Part shown: positions 20,056 through 29,115 of the stretch, piece after piece | Layout: each line of letters begins with the position of its first letter | How positions within the stretch are numbered: position 1 is the stretch's first letter | NCBI GenBank assembly: GCA_004563595.2 | Contig: CP042461.1 | Span: 930,001-962,000 of the forward strand | Direction: 5' to 3' | From: Candidatus Saccharimonadota bacterium | Lineage (GTDB): Bacteria; Patescibacteriota; Gracilibacteria; BD1-5; UBA6164 | DNA length: 32,000 nucleotides | Position numbers and translations under genes: made by a program | The notes under the pieces: generated by a model | Databases searched by the model: none | The model's input: only the letters and a program-made list of their open reading frames with translations | What the model was told of the DNA's origin: nothing

Positions 20056-20294
20056 ATTTATATGAGTTAAGAGATTGTAAACTCAGTCTGATATATCTTC
20101 TTCTGTTACTCATCTAATAAGAATAAATAATAAATGGGTTTTTACAAGTTTGGTTTTAAAAATAGGATAATGAAAAAAAGAAGCGACTGTTCAGGATCCA
20201 ATATTTCACTAAAAATAATCCTGTTTTCTACGATATTGACTTTTTTATTATTTTAAGTAATATTTCATACGAAATCTATTAATCCAATTCATAT

Positions 20295-20900
20295 ATGAAT
20301 ACAAATAAAGAAAGAATTCTTATCGATGCAGATGAAACTACAGCTAGAACTATAGAAGATTGAGTTTACCCTATTGTTAATGCTGAATATTGAACGAATC
20401 TTTCATTTAATACTACACTTAATTGCAGGGATGTATTTTGAAGTTTAATTCAAGAGAACTGAGTTCCAATAACGTTAGAGAAAAAAATTAAAATATTTAA
20501 ATCCGCTATTGCTCAAGATATTTGAAAAAATCAAATAAGAACAGTAGCATGATCTGTAGAAAAAATACTTGAACTTTCGGAATGATATCAATTAGATATA
20601 CTAACTGCAAGACACCCTGATTTAATTGAGTATACTACTAACTGGACTCAGTATAAGTACAATTGAGCTATAGCTAAAGTTTTTTCATCTAATTGTTATT
20701 ATGGTTGAAAAGTAAGTAAATCAGATATATGTAAAAATGAGGGAGTAAAAATGATGATTGAAGATGATATGGATTATGCCCTTGAACTTGCAAAAGAATG
20801 AATAAAAGTATATTTACTCAAAAAACCATGGAATGTGCAGAGACCTGAAAAGCATAGAAATATTGTGAAAGTTGATTGATGGAATGAAATAAAAATATAA
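20295..20900 (+). CDS. HAD-superfamily 5'(3')-deoxyribonucleotidase-like protein
   Basis: 202 codons. RILIDADETTA matches the DxDxT nucleophile motif, and MIEDDMDYALE matches the acidic motif IV region. In-frame TGA-Gly codons are frequent, as in native genes. Confidence 0.6.
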
Positions 20901-20924
20901 AAAAATGTCTAAGCAATACAATCT

Positions 20925-21500
20925 ATGAATACAACAACTGATTCAAAAAATCTGTTAGCACTCAATAAACCAAAGGGTTATATAGTCTCGCGTTCCGATG
21001 AACGTGGGCGAAAAACTGTTTATGACCTTTTACCTGATTGGGTTTTTGATGAGGGGTGGATGCCCATCGGACGACTTGATTTAGAGTCTAAGTGACTTTT
21101 ATTATTCACAAGAGATGGTAAAATAGGGAATGTATTAACCAAACCTGGAAATTGTATTAAGATATATGAAATATGGGTCAGAGGTCATGTAACACAGGAA
21201 CATATTGAAACCGCTTTAAAAGGAGTTGAAAGCCCACACGGTTTACTCAAAGCTCTCATCGTAGAAAAAATAGGTAATGGTGGAGCAAAAACAAAATTAA
21301 GAGTACAAATTGACGAAGGAAAGAATAGACACATCCGTCGTTTATTTGGAGCGATGAAAGACCCAAAATTTGGTACTCCTTTAAAAGTATTAAGCTTAAG
21401 TAGAATCAGTATCGGTAGTTTAAAACTCAATATCGAAAGCGGAAAATGGCGTTATCTTTCAGAAGATGAAGAGAGCATGTTACTGAAAGATTTGGCTTAA
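20925..21500 (+). CDS. Pseudouridine synthase, RsuA/RluB/RluE family (no S4 domain)
   Basis: 192 codons. LALNKPKGYIVSRSDERGRKTVYDLLP......PIGRLDLESK(G)LLLFTRDG...IYEIWVRG...IDEGKNRHIRRLF...L.RI.IGSL.L....GKWRYLSEDE. Only 1 of about 19 Gly codons is TGA. CGN Arg codons are used, and the GC content is visibly higher than in neighbouring genes. Confidence 0.85.
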
Positions 21501-21621
21501 TTAAAAATATAATTATTAAAATTAATTATTTTCTTTACAAAAAATAGAGATAAACTTACTATTGACTTATTTGATATTAATTATATTATATATATCTAAT
21601 CTTAAAGAAAAGGAGAAAAAT

Positions 21622-21936
21622 ATGAATAAGGTAATTGAAGGGATTAAGAGTAAGCTAATTGAAGGAATTAAGAACTATGTTGATCTACTCAATAAGTCAC
21701 TAATAATTAGAGTACCTTTCTATATTTTAGCAATTATGTTTATGATGGATCTATCTGGTATAATCAATTCATTTAGAATGCTTATTCACTATAATTGGTT
21801 TGATATAGAATTTACTCATTGGAAAAACCTGATAACTGGGCTATTCGAAGCTCCTGCTTTTACATATGTTATTTATCGTTTATTTTATGTATGGGGCAAA
21901 AAAACTCAAGATGTAAAATGAATAAAAAACGGCTAA
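21622..21936 (+). CDS. Small two-TM membrane protein; SD-led, with TGA only at the position of a probable ancestral stop
   Basis: AAGGAG lies 7 nt before the ATG at 21622. Five Gly codons are GGN. The only TGA (21919-21921) sits exactly where the standard-code ORF ends. Under code 25 the ORF reads 4 more codons (GIKNG) into the terminator stem, to TAA at 21934-21936. Confidence 0.55.
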
Positions 21937-21973
21937 TTATAGCCGTTTTTATGTTCAATATTTTAATGAAGGT
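21921..21973. repeat. Direct repeat copy A (terminator plus 3' flank plus tRNA-Cys 3'-end-like tail)
   Basis: aataaaaaacggctaattatagccgtttttatgttcaatattttaatgaaggt differs from copy B at 23073-23124 by about 5 substitutions and 1 indel. Three of the substitutions are in the hairpin loop. Confidence 0.75.
21924..21950 (+). terminator. Rho-independent terminator (copy A of the repeated terminator)
   Basis: The sequence aaaaacggcta atta tagccgttttt forms the hairpin. Confidence 0.7.
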
Positions 21974-22025
21974 AGCAGTTCTAGAATGTATCGAACTTTG
22001 AAAGAATTCTTAAATAAAGTTCATA

Positions 22026-22997
22026 TTAAAAATTAATACTATATGCATATAAACTTTTTTGTTTTAAAAATCTCTTTATCATTATATCTAAGTTCATGAT
22101 ATTTTTGTATTTTTCTAATACTTCAGTTTTACAATTTTCTATAATTTCATCTGAATAATAATGCTTATTAATACTTGATATATCTATTCATACATTTTTA
22201 AAAAAGTCTTCCTCTGTATCATGTAAACATTCAAGAATAATTGAATCCACATTTCTCATAACTTCTATATGGTCATCATATGTGAATCATTCATGGACCA
22301 ACCAACTTGTGAAATTTTCATGAGTTGGCATATCAATTGAAACATACTCTAATCTAATTCAATGATCTTTTAATTGAGTCGAAATATTTCTTAAATTATC
22401 AAAATATTTTTTTTGTTGATCTGGTTTAAGATAAATAAGTAATCACTCATTCATTACGAGTAATTTATCTAGCAATGGATTTCTCTCTTTACAACTTAAA
22501 ACCAACTGAACAACTTGATCAATTTCGTCCTCTACCACATTGTAGTTAGATAAAGTCGGTTTATTCACTCATTCCATTGATAAATAAAACTCTTCTTTCA
22601 AAGAAGTAACCTCTTCCCTATCAGTTTCAATATATTGATCTGCACTTATCTCATGATTATTGATCAAATTTATAGCTCTTGGAGAAAATCATGATGCTAC
22701 TTCTAATATAACGGTATTTTTATCAACTTTTTCAATTAATAAAGAATCTATTAATTCTCATCTTGCCTCAATAATTGCAGAAAAACTCAGTGCTGATATT
22801 TTTTTACCATAATCCTCTCAAAAAATAGCATCAAATCAATCCCATCTTTTTTGTAACTCTTGATCTTCCAATCAACTCTTTAATAGTAGATAATCTATAA
22901 TTTCTCTACTATAAGGGTATTCAATCAAACTTCTAAAAAAAGCTGTCAAAGTATAAGTTTCTGCTAAAGCTTCTTGTGAATTAATTTCTGGTTGCAT
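22026..22997 (-). CDS. Class I SAM-dependent methyltransferase-like protein (LCMT/TcmP-like)
   Basis: 324 codons. I checked every triplet and found no TAA or TAG. VILEVAS(G)FSPRA resembles the SAM-binding G-loop (V..LGAG.DTRA type), and LLVMNE(G)LLIYL resembles the EGLL.YL motif of the Leu carboxyl methyltransferase family. Both glycines are TGA, as in native genes. Confidence 0.6.
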
Positions 22998-23072
22998 TAG
23001 ATAGTTTTTAAATTTTAATTAAATTGATTATATTAAAAATTTAAAATTTAGATATATTTTTATTCCAATCAC

Positions 23073-23124
23073 AATAAAAACGGCTATAAATAGCCGTTTT
23101 TATATTCAATATTTTAATGGAGGT
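23073..23124. repeat. Direct repeat copy B (tRNA-Cys terminator plus spacer plus the last 7 nt of tRNA-Cys)
   Basis: The sequence is aataaaaacggctataaatagccgtttttatattcaatattttaatggaggt. The hairpin stems are conserved relative to copy A and the loop differs. Confidence 0.75.
23076..23101 (-). terminator. Terminator downstream of tRNA-Cys
   Basis: The palindromic sequence aaaaacggcta taaa tagccgttttt lies 17 nt past the tRNA 3' end. Confidence 0.65.
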
Positions 23125-23191
23125 GCCAAGCGGGTTCGAACCGCTGTATACGGTGTTGCAGACCGCTGTATAACCACTCTACCATGGCACC
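23118..23191 (-). tRNA. tRNA-Cys (anticodon GCA), CCA encoded
   Basis: The minus strand reads GGTGCCA TG GTAG AGTGGTT A TAC A GCGGT CTGCAAC ACCGT ATAC AGCGG TTCGAAC CCGCT TGGCACC T CCA. It has a 7-bp acceptor stem, a D-arm with a G13:A22 mismatch (typical of tRNA-Cys), an anticodon loop CU-GCA-AC, a T-loop TTCGAAC and discriminator U73. Confidence 0.9.
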
Positions 23192-23254
23192 AAATATATA
23201 TGAAGTAAGGAAAGTATATGAAAAACTTGAAAAAAACAAATTATTTTTTGAGTT

Positions 23255-23287
23255 TATAGCCCTCTCTCTATTTGGGAGAGAGCTATA
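23255..23287 (-). terminator. Hairpin downstream of the lipoprotein gene (possible terminator)
   Basis: tatagc(c)ctctctc tatttgg gagagag gctata forms an interrupted stem of about 13 bp. No clean T-run follows on the minus strand. Confidence 0.35.
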
Positions 23288-23296
23288 ATACAGAAC

Positions 23297-23863
23297 TTAT
23301 TTACATTTAAATGTTTTTATTAATGCTTCATATTTTGAAGTATCTTTTATTTCTGTAGAAAGAGCAATTGTGAATAAAAAAGCTTTATTTTGGTTACAAA
23401 CATGAGCGGTTTGGAGAAATTTTAACTTTGGAGTCTCCATATTATACTTTGCTTCAAAGATATAAAGTATACTCACCTCTTCATCTGTAAAAATAATTTC
23501 TTTTGAATCAAGTTTTGTATACTCAAGATAATCTTTTGATGCTCCTACATTATTTAGCATTGAAAACTCTTTTGATGTTGTAAATGTATTCAAAGTATCA
23601 GATAGGATAAGCATATTATTAGAAAATCATGCTTTGATCTCTTTAGAGGTTACAGCCAGCTCAATATTTCCATCACTTGGCTTTGGAAGAATTCTCTCTA
23701 CATCCTCAATCACTCACCAAGAAGCAGGAATCGAAATAGAAAAATCACTCAATGGCATCTGTGTTAATCATTTTGTTGATACTTCAGTAGTTTCTAAAGC
23801 ATCATCACCACAAGAAACGATAAACAATGATAAAAATAATAAACAAAGTACTTTCTTGAACAT
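23297..23863 (-). CDS. Lipoprotein, unknown function
   Basis: 189 codons. It extends ORF 23297-23614 upstream across three in-frame TGA codons. MFKKVLCLLFLSLFIVSCGDD contains the lipobox IVS-C. Confidence 0.7.
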
Positions 23864-23867
23864 ATTA

Positions 23868-24221
23868 TTAGTTTAAAAAATATAAAACCCCTCATTTAAC
23901 AGCTATTGGGAGAAGTAAAAATATAAGTAAATTTACAAGTATAAAAAAAAGGATGTAAAATAAAAAATTTGAAATTTTTCCAATAAAAATATTTTTGAAT
24001 AAAAAGTAGAGATAATAAAAAAGAGACATGAGAAAGAATAAATATGTATATGGAAGAGTCAGGACCAATTCATTACTATAAAACTTTGCTCATACAAAAA
24101 AGAAATTCACAAAAAACATAAAAGCAGCAAAAACAAACAAAAACTTTGCAGCTTTATATCTATGCACAGTAATTATTTTTGGATCTCAAAATTCTTTTTT
24201 TAATATTTCTTTCAATCACAT
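23868..24221 (-). CDS. Small integral membrane protein (about 3 TM)
   Basis: 118 codons. I checked every triplet and found no TAA or TAG. The protein reads M(G)LKEILKKEF(G)DPKIITVHRYKAAKFLFVFAAFMFFVNFFFV... and its stop lies 4 nt before the lipoprotein ATG, consistent with an operon. Confidence 0.5.
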
Positions 24222-24286
24222 ACTTGATTTTTTTCAATTTAAAAATATATTTAAATAAATATACATTTAATTAATCATACAAATAA

Positions 24287-24574
24287 ATGAGCTTAACACA
24301 AGAACAAATAGAAAAATTACTCAAAAATCTAAGTAAAATTACTACCGATAATAAAAAACTCGGAGATGATGCAAATGAAATCTTACAATATATTGAACTT
24401 TTAAATGAAGTAGATACTACATGAGTGAAATCAACAGTATCTGTAATACAAAAAGAAAATACTCTCAGAGCAGATATCCAAAAACCAAGCGTTTCAACTA
24501 CAGCTGAGCTTTTAGCTTGTTCAAACCAAAAAGTTATTAATAATCAAATAGCAATTGGAGCAATAATGAAATAA
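24287..24574 (+). CDS. gatC: Asp/Glu-tRNA amidotransferase subunit C
   Basis: 96 codons. MSLTQEQIEKLLKNLSKI..........ANEILQYIELLNEVDTT(G)VKSTVSV......LRADI......ELLA matches the GatC pattern (L.EVDT..V.P........LR.D). Confidence 0.75.
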
Positions 24575-24579
24575 AACCT

Positions 24580-25617
24580 ATGATAGAATCAATAAAATTA
24601 GTAAATTTTAGGAATTTTCATGAAAAAAAATTGGATTCTATTCAAGAAAAAAATTTCATTGTGTGAGAAAATGGTGCCTGAAAAACAAATATACTTGAAG
24701 CTCTTAGTCTTCTCTGAAATAATTCTCTCTCTGGTTTACAAATAGAAAATTTTGTAAAAAAATGAGAGAATATTTTTTATATTGAATATCAAACAAGTGA
24801 ATGAGACACGGTTGCTCTCTCATATGACAAAGAAAAAAAGAAAAAAAATTACATAGTAAACGGAAAACATGTCAGTAAAAAGAAATTTACAGATGCCGGT
24901 TACAAGTGTGTGGTATTCTCCCCTATCATCATGAACCTTATGTACTTATCACCATCACTCAGAAGAGACTTTCTTGATACTATACTCTCAAATTCATATT
25001 CTGAATACAGCAATGTACTCAAAGAATATAAAAAAATACTCTCTAGTAGAAATAAAGTATTAAAGAATATTTCAGAATGACAGAGTAAAAAAGAAGAAAT
25101 ACTTTTTTGGGATACAAAATTTATTGAAAAAGCAAGTAAAATATATGGATACAGATTTAAACTCATACATTTTTTTGAATCTCAGATTTCACAGTCATTA
25201 GAGTACTTTAATGGAAAAATAGAAAATATAGACTTTATCTATAAAACAAAAATAGATGAAGAAAATATAGAAAAAAATATCAGTAGCTATATAACAGAAA
25301 ATATTGAAAGAGATATAATATTAGCCAAAACTCCTATTTGACCACATGTAGATGATTTTGATATATATGTCGATGGAATCAGCCTGACCTCATATGCATC
25401 AAGGTGAGAAACAAAGAGTGTGATACTTTGGCTCAAACTTCTTGAAATAGTCTTCACGGAAAAAATGACATGAAAAAAGCCAATCTTACTTATCGATGAT
25501 CTTCTCAGTGAACTTGATGACGTTCACAAAGATATGTTTACAAAAAAGATTAAATACTATCAGACGTTTATCACATCCATACATATATGAGAAGAGAATA
25601 ATATTATTAAATTATAA
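24580..25617 (+). CDS. recF: DNA replication/repair protein RecF
   Basis: 346 codons, starting 5 nt after gatC. IKLVNFRNF.......NFIV(G)EN(G)A(G)KTNILEAL is a Walker A with TGA glycines. Further motifs are SLRRDFLD, I(G)PHVDDF, ASR(G)ETKSVILWLKL and PILLIDDLLSELD (Walker B). Confidence 0.9.
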
Positions 25618-25713
25618 TTTAGCTATTTGTAAAGTAGAAATACTTACTTTCGCTTTAAACAAAGGGAAATATTAGTAAGATAATCAAAGTATTTTAATAT
25701 TAAGATGTAATTC

Positions 25714-27102
25714 ATGAAATTAACTAGAAAATTAATATTATCAGTTATCCCTCTACTTTTCCTTTGATACTCATCAGTACTCGCAGCTTGAATAGACCAC
25801 TTTGAAGTGAAACTCAGTCCTGAAAGTGCAGAAGTATGAGAACCTCTCGATCTTATCATTGAAGCTGTTGATAAAAACAATGCAATAGTAACTGACTATA
25901 ATGGAACCATTCTTATCTTTTCAGAAAGTGATCCTGAAACAGAGTTACCAACTATATTAGATGAAAATACATATGTTTTCTCAGACACAGATCAATGAAA
26001 AATTACATTTGAAAATGCAGTAAAATTTAAAGCAGCATGAACTCAAGATATGCATATATATGATCTGAATGATGATACTGTACTATGAGTTGCTGAAGTA
26101 CAAATAACACAAAAAGAAGTAGAAGAAAATATAGATATAGATATACTCTCTCCTGAAAACTGACTTACTATTTGAGAGAATAAAATAAATATATCATGAA
26201 CTACTAAAAAGAATCATACTATAAAAATTATTATAAACGGTACTACTGAAGTAAGCACAACCAGCAATGACTCATGACTTTATGAAAAAGCACTCGAAAG
26301 TTTAATTGACTGAGAAAATACAATAAAGACACAAGTCCTCAATGCTGATGAAGAAGTGGTATGAGAATCAGAAGAAATAAAAATACAGGTTGAATCTAAC
26401 CTTCCTCAACTCAAAAATATTAAACTTACTCCTTCTGAAGTAGATCCTGAAAGTGGTTTCGAAATAGAAATAATAGCAAATAAATGACTTGTAGAAGTAA
26501 GTGTGGTAATAGATGATGTACTTACAAAATTAGAAGAAACAGAAGAATGAATATATAAAGCAAATATCTTTTCACCTAAGAAAGCATGATCTTATAAAAT
26601 AGATACTGTTCTCAAAGATGAACTATGACATGAAACAAAAGAGCTTTGATCAAGTAACTTAGTAGTAAATGAGTCTGAACATAATGCTGCTGATATTGAA
26701 AAAGAGACTGAGACTCCAGTAGTTATTAATGAAGAAGATCCTGAAATAATTGATATAAAAATATCTGGATTAAAACTTACAAAACTAAAATCAAAATCAG
26801 TATTAACTTGGGACCAAGTAAGTTGAGCAGAAAACTATGCTGTATACAAAAAATTAACTTCTTGAGAATTAGAATTTGTTGAAAACGTAGTAGAACCAAG
26901 ATTTGAAATAGAAATAACTTGAGATGAAATTCAATATGAGTATTTCGCAGTAAAAGTAGTAACAAAAACTGCTAGCTGAGAACTTGTATTCTCAGATCCA
27001 TCTGAAATTACAAAAATTCAAACATGACCAGAAATATTAATTCTTTTCATACTCTCACTCTTCATCGGATGATTCATATTCATGACAAAGAGAAAAGCAT
27101 AA
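25714..27102 (+). CDS. Cell-surface protein with Ig/FN3-like domains and a C-terminal sorting-signal-like tail
   Basis: 463 codons, with the frame verified line by line. Signal peptide MKLTRKLILSVIPLLFL(G)YSSVLAA. FN3-like region ISGLKLTKLKSKSVLTWDQVS(G)AENYAVYKK. C-terminus KIQT(G)PE-ILILFILSLFIG(G)FIF-MTKRKA. Confidence 0.8.
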
Positions 27103-27116
27103 TTAATGAAATGATT

Positions 27117-27148
27117 AAAAAAAGAATATCGTAAGATATTCTTTTTTT
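27117..27148. terminator. Bidirectional rho-independent terminator
   Basis: The sequence aaaaaaagaatatc gtaa gatattcttttttt forms the hairpin. Confidence 0.7.
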
Positions 27149-27154
27149 GTCTAT

Positions 27155-27943
27155 TTAAAATCCTCTCAATCCTTCCCCTATAAACAATCCCCCATTTTTC
27201 TTAATAATATCTAAAAATACTAAATATAAATCATAATCAATATTTTTCGCTATTTCTTTGAGCCTATTAAATGACATAATAAATTTAAATTGTCCGATAT
27301 CATAAAAGATATCTGTATTTAAAATTTTAGAATACTTTTTAATTGTTTTATTCAGTAAATCAACAGGTATTCATTCTAAAGTATCATTCAGTAATGCTGC
27401 TTCAATTAATGAAAGTTCTAAATTAGAAATTTTAAATATGAGTCATTCAATTTCTTTATCAACAACATACTCTGATAATTTTGAATATAAATTTATCTTC
27501 TTTCAATTATCTTTTCAAGAAACTGTTTTAAAGATCACTTCCAAATTTCAAAACTTTATTTTTTTATTGAGACTTCTATTTACAATAAATATTTTTTCTG
27601 GAATTTCTCAATTCTTCATATGAAATTCCAAAGCTTTTTTTCATGAGATATAATATGCATTTCATACGTAATATGTTATATATTTCTTTATAAGCCTCAG
27701 ATAATATTTTTCTATTAAATCTACCTTATTTAAAGTTTTATCATCCTCAGACGGTACTACATATACTCATGCCTTCATTGATATGAGTATTCATTGAGCT
27801 TTTAACCTATATATAAGTTTATCCACTCAAGCTTTATATTGCTCCTTTTTTTCAGGATCAATCAACTCAAAAATATCTGACTTCAAGAATACTTTTCATC
27901 ATTTTTTTAACAGTTTATTCACAATTTTGTCAAAAGTTAACAT
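27155..27943 (-). CDS. AbiEi-like (type IV TA antitoxin / wHTH regulator-like) protein with no adjacent AbiEii
   Basis: 263 codons. The N-terminal wHTH-like part ends in LKAQ(G)ILISMKA(G)VYVVP (compare AbiEi ..G.l.r..rGvY). It is followed by YYIS(G)KKALEFH....IP.KIFIV......K...G...V.F......... and NLELSLIEAALL (compare yiS..sAL..hgl / E.tllD). The family call is pattern-based only. Confidence 0.5.
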
Positions 27944-27989
27944 CGTTTATATTCCTTTATATAAAGTAAAATTAAGCTATAAAAATTAT

Positions 27990-28032
27990 ATAGTTTTTTC
28001 TATAAAAATCAAATAGTTTTTTCTATAAAAAT
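27990..28032. promoter_or_regulatory. Two perfect 20-bp direct repeats (27990-28009 and 28013-28032) upstream of the AbiEi-like gene; candidate operator
   Basis: The unit atagttttttctataaaaat occurs twice with a 23-bp period. Each unit contains the short inverted repeat atag-N6-ctat. The repeats lie 47-90 nt upstream of the ATG at complement 27943. Confidence 0.5.
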
Positions 28033-28119
28033 ATATGTATTTCTCCTAATCTCTCGCAGAAAAAAGCCCCCTTAATAGGAGACTTATCAGACTAAAATAG
28101 TTTTTAACAATTCTTATTA

Positions 28120-29043
28120 TTAAGAAATTTTTTCTTTTTGAACTAATGTCATATGTGGATATGGGATCTTGATAGCTGACTGTTTACATGCTAAGTTCAA
28201 AGTCTCCGTCACGTTTGATTTCAGCTGTATATAATCATCATCGGTATGCATCCAAAATCTAATTAATAATTTTATTCAACTATTATCAAGTTTATCAACT
28301 AAGATATCCGGATGAGGAGCATTTAATATATTAGGGAAACTCTCAATTACTTTTAAAATAGTTTTTTTCGTCTTAACAATATCAGTATCATAATCAACTA
28401 ATAATTCTATTTCCGTTCTTCTTTTATCATTTGTTTTAAAGTTTGATATCACCTCTTCCATAAATATTACATTTGGTATATAGAAAATAACTCCATCAAG
28501 CTGTTCCATAGAAGTAAAAAGTGAGTTTATTTTTACAATCTTTCATTTCTTTCATCTGACTTCCACCAAATCTCAGTTATGATAAAATCATTGAGTTACC
28601 ATAGTTATTCATCAAACAAAATTTGTTAAGAATGTCTTCAGGGTAAATCATAAACCAAATCAAATTCATCACATAAATATACCTAAATCTACTCATAAAA
28701 TAGAAAGAGATGCTGATCCTCATATAAATAAAAATGTAATATTAACTGTTCTAGATAACATCCCTGCCATTTCTTCTGATCATCAACCTTCACTTCAATT
28801 TCTTTCTAAAAAACTTGTTAATTTAGCTGAAACAATCCTTGCAATTACTATTGAAAGAATCATCACCACTACAGCAAAAACAAGATTTAACAAAGTCTCA
28901 GCTGAAAAAAATCTTGTAAATGCTGACGTGTTTTGCTTTGCTTGTTCTAAATTTTGATCTCACAAAGTAGCTGCAAATCACGATGGTAAATCAATAATTA
29001 GTGCTGTGATATAAACTATAAATAATAGTTTTAATTTTTTCAT
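28120..29043 (-). CDS. MscS-family mechanosensitive channel
   Basis: 308 codons. It extends ORF 28276-28509 in both directions across TGA codons. The pore and beta-domain signature is (G)(G)I(G)F(G)L(G)FTLKTFLTNFV(G)(G)ITMVTQ(G)FYHN(G)DLVEVR(G)KK(G)KIVKINSLFT...VIFYIPN....EVISN. Confidence 0.88.
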
Positions 29044-29047
29044 AAAT

Positions 29048-29094
29048 AAAAAGATATGTATTAAATTCCTTTCAATTTTAACACATATCTTTTT
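29048..29094 (-). terminator. Hairpin between the M23 peptidase gene and the mscS-like gene (possible terminator/attenuator)
   Basis: aaaaagatatgt (29048-29059) pairs with acatatcttttt (29083-29094), forming a 12-bp stem with a 23-nt loop. Confidence 0.3.
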
Positions 29095-29115
29095 ATTACG
29101 CAAAATAACTATTAC

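Noticed and set aside
20170-20256. 28-codon ORF MKKRSDCSGSNISLKIILFSTILTFLLF in the PBP/nucleotidase divergent spacer.
   Set aside because: It is too short, has no supporting signals and overlaps the likely promoter (TTGACT...TAATAT) of the nucleotidase gene. It cannot be supported from sequence alone.
20905-20958. Upstream ATG at 20905 as the start of the pseudouridine synthase.
   Set aside because: It is in a different frame and terminates after 17 codons at a TAG. The ATG at 20925 gives the conserved LNKPKGY N-terminus.
21185-21430. 81-aa minus-strand ORF inside the pseudouridine synthase gene.
   Set aside because: This is an antisense shadow ORF produced by the locally higher GC content. 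The plus-strand frame has full-length family motifs.
21520-21560. Possible fifth TTCTTAC-type site (ttctttac ... aacttac) upstream of 21622.
   Set aside because: Both half-sites are imperfect, the spacing is about 23 bp rather than 11, and the orientation/phase pattern of the four good sites is not reproduced.
20925-23191. Calling the tRNA-Cys-proximal region a bona fide integrated mobile element or prophage remnant.
   Set aside because: No integrase, recombinase, transposase or phage structural gene is visible in the window under code 25 or code 11. Only compositional anomalies and a direct repeat are present, so it is reported as a hypothesis and not annotated as a mobile_element.
1043-24574. 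aspS together with gatC as evidence for something unusual in Asn/Gln-tRNA synthesis.
   Set aside because: The indirect transamidation pathway is widespread in bacteria. gatA, gatB and asnS status cannot be assessed from this window, so this is an ordinary observation.
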